A stretch of DNA of 64,000 nucleotides from Naegleria gruberi (taxonomy: Eukaryota): assembly GCA_000004985.1 (NCBI GenBank), contig GG738861.1; one strand, 5' to 3'. Numbering within the stretch: the stretch's first letter is position 1; each line of letters begins with the position of its first letter. Below the pieces are notes generated by a model. It saw nothing but the letters and a program-made list of their open reading frames with translations, was not told the DNA's origin and did not search any database. The position numbers were made by a program, and so were the translations under genes. Positions 26,501 through 36,366 of the stretch are shown one piece after another.

Positions 26501-28425
26501 CCATTCAAACACTTGGCACAATTACTGGAAGCATCAAAGTTTCCATAACAAGTACATGAGCCATCATTATTACAGTAACCTTTAGAGGAACAATTACTAA
26601 CACTATTACAAGTAATTGAGCAACTGGAACCAACAAATCCACTAGCACATTGATCACAATATGTACCAACAAAGTTACCTTCACAAACACATTTCAAATT
26701 AACACAATTACCTCTGGAATTACAAGTTTGAACTCTATCACAAACTGGAGTGTTACAATTAGCTCCTGAATAATCAAGTGAGCAGCTTGAACAAGATTTA
26801 CCATCATTGTAATTAATTGGACATGAACACTTATTAGGAGCTGAACAAATACCACGAGATGAACAAACACTAGAGCTTGACTTGTCAATTCCATAACAGC
26901 TAAACGTTTGACAAGCTGTACCATTATAACCTTCAGAACAATGACAGATATTTGGAGCAATACATGAACCCTTTCCAGAACAAACTCTATTATCGGTAGC
27001 ACTAATTTCAAAACAAACGGGAATATCACAATTATCACCAACAAAACCATCAACACATTTAGAACAAAACTTGGATGAATCAAAGTTACCATTACAAGAA
27101 CAAACATCCTTTGAAACACATGAACCTCTATACGAACATCCTCCTTGAGATTCACTCAATCCATTACAAGTAGTGTATTGACATCTATCACCAGTGTAAC
27201 CACTATTACATTCACAAGTATTTGGGGCAGTACAATTACCTTGTTTGTTACAACCAGATGTACCTGTTTGATTGTTACAAAGTGGAATAGTACAATCACT
27301 ACCAGTATATCCACTACCACAAACCATAACACTACACTGAGAACCAGTAAAACCTGGATAACAATCACATTGATCTTTTCCTATACATTTACCCTTACTT
27401 GAACAAACAGATGAAGAATTACTCAAAGTATTAAAACATCTTGTTTCAGAACAAGATGGACCTTCCCAACCACTCTTACATGAACATTGATTTAGTGATG
27501 AACAGTTACCATTAGATGAACAAACACTTGATTGATTGGCCAAAATACCAAAACATGAAGTAATTTCACACAACTTGCCATAGAATCCACTATTACATTG
27601 GCAAGTATTTGGACCAACACATTGACCATTTCTTGAACAAACAGTTTGATTGGAGTTGGTTAAACCAGAACAAGAATATGTTTGACATTCAGAACCAATG
27701 TAACCACTCTTACATAAACAGCTATCAACAGAAACACAAGTTCCTGATCCAGAACAAACAGATGAATCAGTAAAATTCTTTCCAAAACATTGATGAATCT
27801 GGCATTCTAATCCACTGTATCCATTATTACATTGACACATATCTTGAGAAATACAAGTACCTTGATTACAAGCTTCAGCTCTTGGCTTAGTGAAACATGT
27901 GATATTCTTTGAGACACAAGTATTTGGAGCAATACATGTATCGTATTGTCCACAGGATTGAGTTTCGTTAGCCAAATAATTATTGCAAATTGGCATGTTA
28001 CAAACACCAGCAGGTCCATAACCTGATTTACATTCGCACTTGTCAAAATCACTGCAGATACCTTTCGAAAAACAAACTTGAGGTGATTGAGAATCGATGC
28101 CATTACAAGTTGTAAAAGAACAATTGTCTCCGTGGTAATTTGTTGAGCAGATACAATCATCGAGACTAGAACATGAACCATGGGATGAACAAACCTTGGA
28201 ATCGTTAGCTGGAGTACCATAACAGGAAGGAATTTCACAGAATTTTCCAATAAATCCATTAACACATATACAACCGCCATCCAGACATGTTCCATTACCA
28301 TTACAGATATTTTCCAAATGAGTAGATCCACATTTAACTGGTTCTGGTTGTGGGGTTTCCGTTGTTGTTTCATTACAGAATGTTCCATTGATATTTGAGT
28401 TACAAATACAGACACCGTTCAACAA
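23572..28425 (-). CDS. C-terminal 1617 codons of a giant EGF / PKD-REJ-like surface protein with a GPI-signal-like hydrophobic end
   Basis: Long ORF. EGF modules are followed by YLDASGSVSSDRRALLFSWYV (PKD/REJ-like), a long Ser/Thr-rich region and the C-terminus VAMISFSVSLLVSIMMCLLML. The first residues (NGVCICNSNINGTFCNETT) continue the repeat of the upstream ORF, so the M at 28425 is not a real start. Confidence 0.8.
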   Translation of the reverse strand: MLNGVCICNSNINGTFCNETTTETPQPEPVKCGSTHLENICNGNGTCLDGGCICVNGFIGKFCEIPSCYGTPANDSKVCSSHGSCSSLDDCICSTNYHGDNCSFTTCNGIDSQSPQVCFSKGICSDFDKCECKSGYGPAGVCNMPICNNYLANETQSCGQYDTCIAPNTCVSKNITCFTKPRAEACNQGTCISQDMCQCNNGYSGLECQIHQCFGKNFTDSSVCSGSGTCVSVDSCLCKSGYIGSECQTYSCSGLTNSNQTVCSRNGQCVGPNTCQCNSGFYGKLCEITSCFGILANQSSVCSSNGNCSSLNQCSCKSGWEGPSCSETRCFNTLSNSSSVCSSKGKCIGKDQCDCYPGFTGSQCSVMVCGSGYTGSDCTIPLCNNQTGTSGCNKQGNCTAPNTCECNSGYTGDRCQYTTCNGLSESQGGCSYRGSCVSKDVCSCNGNFDSSKFCSKCVDGFVGDNCDIPVCFEISATDNRVCSGKGSCIAPNICHCSEGYNGTACQTFSCYGIDKSSSSVCSSRGICSAPNKCSCPINYNDGKSCSSCSLDYSGANCNTPVCDRVQTCNSRGNCVNLKCVCEGNFVGTYCDQCASGFVGSSCSITCNSVSNCSSKGYCNNDGSCTCYGNFDASSNCAKCLNGWFGSNCDFQINSNSFVFTSTGGSIIGEVKSSLLKQSDCSDVISSSDLSLIGSDAKCILNSATSSLEIILGTSANIVPGNSLRLFKFPGSAETLSVTVSSGTFVALPPSVNLVSDKSSVSKCDTLYLDASGSVSSDRRALLFSWYVTNGPTVGEMNALNTYLSGVKTSSAIVDFSSSSLSAISGGSFIIQVTVTTAFSKVATSSVTVNVVSNPVPTLSLSEGISVTYMIGSTIVLTPVIKFPKCYSGNYQTDYTYSVDTSSASKSVVTPKSSNNLFAIGKSFTDINKEGDYYFILRAVSDNANDAFLPFKVTAVAQDLTIQFNISDITQSTQDSLDFSVAVVDPSSTSDSETVTITCFDIVNIKSCSSPNLNQRTFSTFLSAGEYKYTATVVKGSRSASTNLIVKAKSVPKNTLIRASITSNSDLSLVSPSSDLYLTYSSLEVLSSPTFFWFSDKFDLSSLTQTSSFIKIPKSLLSAGASYSISLNITDGSKNGVATTSVNVNSPPTRGIFEASPQSGVALSTLFELKCGNGWTDSQLPLTYQFFYYDDISSSWTALTERTETRSTRIKLPSSSSSQLRLKVAVYDSKLAFTESEISVAVTQPTTTQAVNSIESTAKETPTLASVSAVIKVVSSIAGATAEQKAEIAKLTSNMILSYLDNQAKAQSVASENTNSASSKLSMISSGTSSLEYIVDDIISKMITNLAQTAANAASSDEVKLATELLTKAKEAADKFYRFIVAKGVSKRSFSNSDITNIQATYDSLSSALVKDTVADLPANYIVANQTTTYSRKVNIATLNNLQDIINGNKFKMAAKFSDLVSNYKTLILKVKSSSGGVTNSVSDALDISLAEKSAVTVSSSSSIAELTFSTSKDITMARSVSAYDVYCQVYNSATNNYQLSTSCSVISKTSNSVTVSVSSTGKYLLTAQPKAIPTPVVSPKSSPAPFIPKVSARVNNVAMISFSVSLLVSIMMCLLML

Positions 28426-28509
28426 GTTCCATTATAATAGCAATTATTTTCTTCAACGGTTGATCCACAGTTTAATTGGTTCAGTGGAACAGAGTATTCT
28501 GGTGTGCTT

Positions 28510-31428
28510 TCATTGCAAATGTTCCGTTAACGTTGTATTGCAAATACAAATACCATTTACACATGTTCCGTTACCATAACAGGCATTTTCTTCCAATGTT
28601 TCACCACATTTAATTGGTTCAGGATGTGGGATAACTGGTTCTGTATTTGTTTCATTGCAATATGTACCATTAATGTTTGAATTACAAATACAGACACCAT
28701 TAATGCAAGTACCATTTCCATAACAAATATTTTCATATTCAGTGATACCACATTTAACAACTGGTTCTGGTTGAGGTGTTGGAGTTTCAGAAGTCTCATT
28801 ACAGAAGGTTCCATTAACGTTTGTATTACAAATACAAATACCATTTACGCATGTTCCATTTCCATAACAATTATTTTCCTCAATGGTTGTTCCACATTTA
28901 ATTGGTTCAGGTTGTGGAATTATTGGTTCAACAATGGTTTCATTACAGAAAGTACCGTTTGAGCCACCTAAACATGAACAAATACCATTCAAACAAGTTC
29001 CATTTCCATAACAATTATTTTCTTCAACGGTTGATCCACATTTAATTGGTTCAGGTTGGGGAATTGGAGTTTCTGGAGTTGTTTCATTACAGAATGTTCC
29101 GTTTACATTAGAGTTGCAAATACAAATACCATTTACACATGTTCCGTTACCATAACAGGCATTTTCTTCCAATGTTTCACCACATTTAATTGGTTCAGGA
29201 TGTGGAGTAACAGGTGCTGATGTTGTTTCATTACAATATGTACCATTAATGTTTGAATTACAAATACAGACACCATTCAAACAAGTTCCATTTCCATAAC
29301 AATTATTCTCATCTTCAGTGAAACCACATTTAACAACAGGTTCTGGTTGAGGCTCATGACTTGTTTCATTACAGAAGGTTCCATTAACGTTGGTAATACA
29401 AACACAAATACCATTCATGCAAGTTCCATTTCCATAACAATTATTTTCTTCAATGGTTGATCCACATTTAACTGGTTCAGTTGGAATTTGAGGTTCTGAA
29501 GCAGTTGTTTCATTACAGTATGTTCCGTTCATACCCTCAACACAGATGCACAATCCATCAAGACATGTGCCGTTACCATAACAATTGCTTTCTTCCTGAG
29601 TTGTACCACAAATAATTGGTTCAGGTTGTGGAGAATCAGAATTTGTTTCATTGCAATATGTACCATTTACGTTTGAATTACAAGCACAGACACCATTGAT
29701 GCAAGTTCCATTTCCGTAACAGTTGTTTTCTTCCATGGTTGATCCACATTTAACTGGTTCAGGATGAGGAATTGGAGTTTCAGGAGTTGTTTCATTACAG
29801 AATGTTCCGTTTACCTTTGAATCACAAACACAAATACCATTTAAACAGGTTCCATTACCGTAACAGTTATTTTCTTCCAATGTTTCACCACATTTGACAG
29901 GTTCTGGTTCTGGAGTAACTGGTTCTGTAGTTGTTTCATTGCAGAATGTGCCATTAACATTCTCAAAACATACACACAAGCCATCAACACAAGTACCATT
30001 TCCAAAACAGTTATTTTCTTCTTCGGTCGAACCACATTTAACTACTGGTTCTGGTTGAGTTGGATCTTGAGTTGTTTCGTTACAGAATGTACCATTCACG
30101 CCAATAAAACAAATACAAACACCCTCAATGCATGTACCGTTACCATAACAAGTATTTTCTTCTATAGTTTCACCACATTTGACAGGCTCAGGAACAACTG
30201 GATCTGGAGATGTTTCGTTACAGAATGTACCATTAATATTCTCGTTGCAAACACACAAACCATCAACACATGTTCCATTTCCGTAGCAGCTATTTTCTTC
30301 TGTTGTTTCGCCACATTTAATTGGTTGAGTTGGAACTTGAGGTTCAGTAGGATTAGTTTCGTTACAGAATGTACCATTAACATCTTGATTACAAACACAG
30401 AATCCATTTACACAACTTCCATTGTTGTAGCAATTATTCTCTTCCAAAGTTTCACCACATTGTAAAGGTTGTGGAATTTCAGGTTCTATATTTGATTCAT
30501 TACAGAATGTACCATTTGCGCCTTCTTTGCAAATACAGGAGCCACCAATACAAGTGCCATTACCATAGCAGTTATTTTCATCTTCTGTAAAACCACATTT
30601 AACTGGCTCTGGTTGAGTTGGGATTTCAGGAGCTGTTTCGTTACAGAAAGTACCATTAGCGCCTTCAATACAAACACACAGTCCATCAAGACATGTTCCA
30701 TTACCATAACAATTACTTTCTTCCTGAGTTGTACCACAAATAATTGGTTCAGGTTGGCTGGGAACTGGACTGGTTTCGTTACAGAATGTACCATTACTAC
30801 CTTCATTGCAAGTACAAAAACCATTCTCACACGTACCATTGCCATAACAATTATTCTCTTCTTCTGTAGTACCACATTTAACCAATTCTGGTTGTGGTTC
30901 CATGCTGAAGGTTTCATTACAAAATGTACCATTAACATTCTCGTTACAAATACACAAACCATCGACACATGTACCATTACCATAACAAATATTTTCATCT
31001 TCTGTGAAACCACAGTTAACTGGTTGAGTAGGGACTTGTGGTTCTTGAGTTGTTTCATTACAGAATGTACCATTCACACCTTCAATACATATGCAGAAAC
31101 CATCGACACATGTACCATTACCATAACAATTTTGTTCTTCCAATGTTTCACCACAAGTGGTAATGGTATCATTACAGAATAAACCAATGAAACCTTCTGA
31201 ACATTGACAAACACCACGAGTACAATTACCATTAGAATAGCAAGATTGTTCATCTAATGTTTCACCACAGAAAACATCCTGACATTCCATTGTACCCAAG
31301 AGGTCACATGTCTGGGACAATAAACATTCAGTGTCTGAACTGCATGTTGCTGATACGAGACCAACAGCAGCAATTACAGAAAGTACAATTAAAAGTATTG
31401 TTGTTTTGAACAGCAAGTTACTTGCCAT
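28510..31428 (-). CDS. N-terminal 972 codons of the same gene: signal peptide plus about 20 tandem 41-48-aa EGF-like modules with Pro/Thr/Glu linkers
   Basis: MASNLLFKTTILLIVLSVIAAVGLVSA is a signal peptide. The reiterated unit is KCGxTxEENNCYGNGTCxxGxCxCxxxVNGTFCNETT + PxPxPEPV. The frame ends inside a degenerate unit at about 28510. Confidence 0.8.
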   Translation of the reverse strand: MASNLLFKTTILLIVLSVIAAVGLVSATCSSDTECLLSQTCDLLGTMECQDVFCGETLDEQSCYSNGNCTRGVCQCSEGFIGLFCNDTITTCGETLEEQNCYGNGTCVDGFCICIEGVNGTFCNETTQEPQVPTQPVNCGFTEDENICYGNGTCVDGLCICNENVNGTFCNETFSMEPQPELVKCGTTEEENNCYGNGTCENGFCTCNEGSNGTFCNETSPVPSQPEPIICGTTQEESNCYGNGTCLDGLCVCIEGANGTFCNETAPEIPTQPEPVKCGFTEDENNCYGNGTCIGGSCICKEGANGTFCNESNIEPEIPQPLQCGETLEENNCYNNGSCVNGFCVCNQDVNGTFCNETNPTEPQVPTQPIKCGETTEENSCYGNGTCVDGLCVCNENINGTFCNETSPDPVVPEPVKCGETIEENTCYGNGTCIEGVCICFIGVNGTFCNETTQDPTQPEPVVKCGSTEEENNCFGNGTCVDGLCVCFENVNGTFCNETTTEPVTPEPEPVKCGETLEENNCYGNGTCLNGICVCDSKVNGTFCNETTPETPIPHPEPVKCGSTMEENNCYGNGTCINGVCACNSNVNGTYCNETNSDSPQPEPIICGTTQEESNCYGNGTCLDGLCICVEGMNGTYCNETTASEPQIPTEPVKCGSTIEENNCYGNGTCMNGICVCITNVNGTFCNETSHEPQPEPVVKCGFTEDENNCYGNGTCLNGVCICNSNINGTYCNETTSAPVTPHPEPIKCGETLEENACYGNGTCVNGICICNSNVNGTFCNETTPETPIPQPEPIKCGSTVEENNCYGNGTCLNGICSCLGGSNGTFCNETIVEPIIPQPEPIKCGTTIEENNCYGNGTCVNGICICNTNVNGTFCNETSETPTPQPEPVVKCGITEYENICYGNGTCINGVCICNSNINGTYCNETNTEPVIPHPEPIKCGETLEENACYGNGTCVNGICICNTTLTEHLQ

Positions 31429-32144
31429 ATTTTTTTCAATTCGAATAGTTTTAGCATGGTAGCTAATAAGATTTTAATGGCAAGGGAATTGTTGTGTGAA
31501 ATGAGCCAACAAGTCACGTTACAATTTCATAGGATATTTGTTGAACAGTGCATTTGCCAAGTACCAACAAGATTAAATTGCTTAAATAAGCCAACAACAT
31601 GTCAACAATCCTCGTCACGGAATTTTCACAATTACGAATTCGTCTTGCATCATCATTCAAGTTGCAATTCCTCACTAAATCACGGGAAACACAGTTTCCT
31701 CTTCTTGCCATAAAGTGACCACATCTTTCACACCTTCTAACATTGGCATTTCCACTTCTGTCCTCACTAAACGAACAAAAGGAAGTTTCCAATGTTTGTG
31801 GATGTAAAATTTCGATGGAGCAAAATTAACTTCCTATTAAGAGTCGTTTTAAATCATGATGAACTTGTCTCATTTCATGTTCAGTATTCATTAGCAACAT
31901 TCAATTCCGAAACGTGATAAAAACTGTAAACTTTTCATCTACAGTTTCTTACTTACTTTCCGAGCCAAATTTTCTCATCAATTCTCCTGGTTAAAGAGGG
32001 GTGGCCGAAGAATTATTGAGGCAACACCATATTTCATCCAACAAACGACAACTACAGTACGGCTCAAACAACAATTATTGGCTGGAAAGAAAGCACCCCT
32101 CAAGATTTAAATGAATTTCAAAGCCGAAAAGATGAAAAAAAAAA

Positions 32145-32610
32145 TATTCAACAAATAATCCGTTGTGACTTGCTGATTTTCAGAGTGATTTCACATCATG
32201 AAAGCACCAAACTTTCACATCAGCATCTCAACATCATCCGAATAGTAATAACAATCATTGTTTTTTATTAGTGGATTATTATCAGCAAATAGGAATTTAT
32301 TTTTAAAGTTGGAAAAATACCAGTTGGTGAACCATCATATGAGCACTCACCAACCATCATCATTATTGTTTTCCATCAATATAATAATAGTATTTGTGGA
32401 AATTAATTTTTAGTAATGTAATTTTGGTTGAAGAGCCAAAATTTTCACTAAATCCATCATCACTGCTGAATCTACTGAACAAGTTGGAAAACTGTGAATG
32501 TAGTATTGTTCGGAATTGTCAATAGGAGGCAGGAGAACTTTCTCTGATTCTACTACTATTTAAAATAGATAATAAACATCATATTTATTATCAGATTTTC
32601 ATCATGTTCT
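32145..32610 (+). repeat. Dispersed intergenic repeat, copy B
   Basis: See copy A (11620-12180). Same orientation, roughly 85-90 percent identity by eye. Confidence 0.7.
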
Positions 32611-32751
32611 ATTGCCCTATCATCATTGCAATAATATAATTAATGAAAGACTTCCAATACGGCCCAAACCATTTGCACCACCCAAACAATCAAGTTTGCG
32701 ATTGAAAGATTTTCAAGTTTGCGATTGACTCTTCAACACATAAAGTAAAGT

Positions 32752-34310
32752 ATTCAGATTGATTTTAATTTTACATAATAGTTTTATTACAAACAAGTTT
32801 TTGTTGTTTGTTTGGGAGAATTGAATTGTTTCAAAATCAATAGATTTAGAAACACTTTCTGTGGACAATACCTGGACCGGCATCCTCATATTCTTCCTTG
32901 GTGATCCACATTTGTTGGAAAGTGGACAATGAAGCCAAGATGGAACCACCAATCCAGACAGAGTACTTTCTTTCAGGTGGAGCAACAACCTTAATCTTCA
33001 TGGAAGCTGGAGCCATAGCAGTCAATTCCTTGGTCATTCTTTCAGCAATACCTTCGAACATAGTAGTACCACCAGACAAGACAACGTTACCGTACAAGTC
33101 CTTTCTGATATCAATATCACATTTACCAATAGAGTTGAAAGTAGTTTCATGAACACCAGCAGCTTCCATACCAATGAAGTTTGGTTGGAACAAAACTTCT
33201 GGACATCTGAATCTTTCATTACCAACAGTGATAACATTACCGTCTGGCAATTCGTATGACTTTTCAACAGATGATGATTCAGCAGCAACCTTCATTTCAG
33301 CTTCGAAATCCAAAGCAATATAACAGAGCTTTTCCTTAATATCTCTGACGATTTCTCTTTCAGCAGTAGTATTGAATGAGTAACCTCTTTCCATCAAAAT
33401 CTTCATCAAGTAATCAGTCAAATCACGGCCAGCCAAATCCAATCTCAAAATGGCGTGTGGCAAAGCATAACCTTCATAAATTGGAACAGTGTGGGAAACA
33501 CCATCACCAGAGTCCAAAACAATACCAGTGGTTCTACCAGAAGCATACAAGGACAAGACAGCTTGAATAGCGACATACATAGCTGGAACTGAGAAGGTTT
33601 CAAACATAATTTGAGTCATCTTTTCTCTGTTTGCCTTTGGATTCAAAGGAGCTTCAGTCAACAAGACTGGGTGTTCTTCTGGAGCAACTCTCAATTCATT
33701 GTAGAAAGTGTGATGCCAGATCTTTTCCATATCGTCCCAATTGGTAACAATACCGTGTTCAATTGGATACTTCAAAGTCAAAATACCTCTCTTTGATTGA
33801 GCTTCATCACCAACATAGGCATCCTTATTACCCATACCAACCATAATGGACTTTTGCTTTGGTCTACCAATAATTGAAGGGAAGACAGCTCTTGGAGCAT
33901 CATCACCAGCAAAACCAGCTTTACACATACCAGAACCGTTATCGACAACGAGGGCTTGAACGTCTTCACAGAATGACATTTTATAGATTATTTGAATGGA
34001 TTTGTTTTTTTTGATTTTTAATTGATGATTTGTGTGTTAAAAAAATATTTAAATGAAAAATTAATGAAAGAATGATTGATGTGATTGATGGCAAGTCAAA
34101 TTGAAGTTTTAAAAAACTATTTTAGAGGTCATTTTTTAAATGTGGAAAGTCAAGTGAAGAAGAACAACTTTACAATATGACTTTTCATTCTTTTCATTCA
34201 ACACATCATCAAAATTACTAGCAATCAACTGTAAAATTTAACACATCAAACATTGCTTTGTCAACTTACTGTAATTTTCAACGTGGAAAAAATTCATCAA
34301 GTTTGAATGA
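32752..34310. repeat. Left arm of the actin inverted duplication
   Basis: Reverse complement aligns with 40167-41707 across the CDS, about 330 bp of 5' flank and about 95 bp of 3' flank. Confidence 0.9.
32846..33979 (-). CDS. Actin (conventional, 377 aa), intronless
   Basis: Full-length ORF with canonical actin sequence throughout ([23 protein letters not shown] ... [40 protein letters not shown]). Confidence 0.97.
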
Positions 34311-35072
34311 AACCAACTTCGTCATCATGGAGGAACTAACAGCAACCAGGAATTAATTTATTGTTAGGATTGTGGTCAAGAGACGAAATTAACAAAATTG
34401 TCTCACCCTATATATTCATTGATGCATCAGTGATTCGCATTCTTGTTGTGGTGAGTCCTCTATGGACTTTGATTGGATTGATACTTGGTAATCGGATTCT
34501 CCTTCTTAATACCTCACAAATGGGAATAAGTTTTCTTCTGATTTTCAATTCCCAAGACTAGTATTTATTGTGGTCAGTCTTTTTGGCCTTACACTTGATA
34601 AGTGTGATCTACTGGATTTGGCCAAAATCATCAATAACACTGCCTCGTATCTGCTTGTTGGAATGCCAATTTTTTTAAGTTGGAAGTGCTTGTTGTTATT
34701 AAGAGAGTAATCCAAACAATAATCATTCCTCAATGGTTGTGATATTTTTGATATTTTAGACACAAAGTGGAATTTAATTTGGCTTCAGGTAGGCCTAATT
34801 GCTCTTTTTCCCAACATGAAGATTGTTGGAAACAATACTATGGAGAAAGAATAATAGATTTGGAATTGACCTATTTGGTCCTAATTGCTTGTGGATATTA
34901 TGAGTTTTTTATTGTTTTCTTAAAATTTGAGTTTCACCAATATTTGGATATTTTATTTATTACAAAGCCATACTACGGGGCAAAACATCAATCAACAAGT
35001 GAATGTTCAAGTAATTTCAATAATTGAGCAAAGTTCATCCATCACAATAAATTATTTACAATTCATAAAAAA

Positions 35073-35975
35073 ATGTCTCAAACAACAGTAAAGAATCGTT
35101 GCCCTCACAGAGTTTGGTATCGATTGTATGAATCCGATGATGTAAACTTTACAGGAAAAGACATTGCATCAGGTGAACAGCAAACTGTGGAGGGTGAATT
35201 TAAATCAGTGAAGGGATTCAAGTGGGAGAGAGGAGAGGATGAAGTTTGGGAACCAACTTTTAAAAGTCTATTAGAACCACAAGATGCTTGGAATTATCAC
35301 GTTGATTTGACTTCATTGTTTGGATGTAGACCTGCTAGCTCAATCAAAGTGTTCATGGCATGTTTGGCTGGTCCAGCAGATCCAATGACAAGGAATGACA
35401 TTATTCTCATCGATAAATTACATAAAGAGATTGGTGTACCAAGGGAGAATATTTGGATGTTTTTGGAGAGACAATGTACACCAAATGCAATTTATGAATC
35501 ATTGAAGGTGGCTGCCGAAATTTGTAATGATGAAAATGATATCCTATTTGTTTATTTGGGAGGACATGGAAGCAGAAAACAAAGTGAAGTTTATCAAGAA
35601 AGTGGAAACAAGTTTGAATATAATTTGGGAACTTGGGGAGGATCTACTCCTAGCTCACTTGTTTTGAAAGCAATTCAAAATGTAAAGTGTCCTGTTTTTA
35701 TGGTAGTGGACTCGTGTTATAGTGGCCAAATGATTGATGATGCAAAGAGTTATTTCCTTCATGCACCTCTTGCTCATGAGTTGTATGTTTTAACTTCAAC
35801 TCAGAATGACAAGTCAGCTCAAACTGGCTGGAGACTAATTCAAATGTTGATTGATATCATGATTGAAAGATCAAAGAGTATTACAATTACTCCTACTCTG
35901 ATAGGAAAGACAATTTCAGAAAATTTGAGAACCCCCTATGAAGAACAACGATCTCAATTCCAAATTATTGAATAA
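35073..35975 (+). CDS. Caspase-fold (metacaspase-like, C14-type) cysteine peptidase candidate, 300 aa
   Basis: ORF with an A-rich start context. His/Cys dyad motifs have the expected order and spacing: ILFVYLGGHGS (compare xSGHG) and FMVVDSCYSGQ (compare D[SC]CHSG). The N-terminal region of about 90 aa is unassigned. Confidence 0.55.
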   Translation: MSQTTVKNRCPHRVWYRLYESDDVNFTGKDIASGEQQTVEGEFKSVKGFKWERGEDEVWEPTFKSLLEPQDAWNYHVDLTSLFGCRPASSIKVFMACLAGPADPMTRNDIILIDKLHKEIGVPRENIWMFLERQCTPNAIYESLKVAAEICNDENDILFVYLGGHGSRKQSEVYQESGNKFEYNLGTWGGSTPSSLVLKAIQNVKCPVFMVVDSCYSGQMIDDAKSYFLHAPLAHELYVLTSTQNDKSAQTGWRLIQMLIDIMIERSKSITITPTLIGKTISENLRTPYEEQRSQFQIIE

Positions 35976-36366
35976 GTAACTGGCCCACAACAAATCTCCC
36001 AAAATCATATTCGAATGATGAACGAGATCTACAAAATGAGAAATAAACATTAGTCTCCATTATGTCTGTAAACTGTCCCATTCAAGGAAGGGTTCAGAAA
36101 GATATGGAAAATTTGTCAAACAGTCAAACTGCATTATTGCAATGTATTTCAAGCAATTTATTTCATGTTCATTTCTTGAGATATTTGGTAGTAATGTAAA
36201 ATGTGTTTCCAATTATTAAATATCTATGTAACATTATAATTATGAACGAAATCACTTCAGTTAAATTTTGACGATGAAAACAATTCTGAAAATAGCATAA
36301 CTTTAAAAAACATAAATTTTTGCCATCAACTTTTAATGTCCAACCATCAAATCAACATAAAAAAAA

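Noticed and set aside
28510-31300. Regular repeat array of about 130-140 bp that superficially resembles a CRISPR or satellite array
   Set aside because: The units are contiguous with no unique spacers and stay in one open frame. They encode EGF modules within a signal-peptide-bearing eukaryotic gene.
2770-31428. Dozens of 60-200-aa ORFs in alternative frames or antisense within the EGF genes (for example 5889..6239, 6858..7394, 14612..15166, 17754..18326, 26694..27155, 30486..31073, 30613..31182)
   Set aside because: They lie wholly inside much longer ORFs with clear domain content. Their translations are low-complexity (V/M/L/I/H-rich) by-products of the periodic TGT/AAT/GGT codon composition.
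31514-31792. Cys/His-containing ORF (CERCGHFMARRGNC) as a retroviral-type zinc knuckle or Gag remnant
   Set aside because: The spacing does not fit CX2CX4HX4C. There are no flanking LTRs and no RT or IN sequences. It lies in the promoter region of the giant gene.
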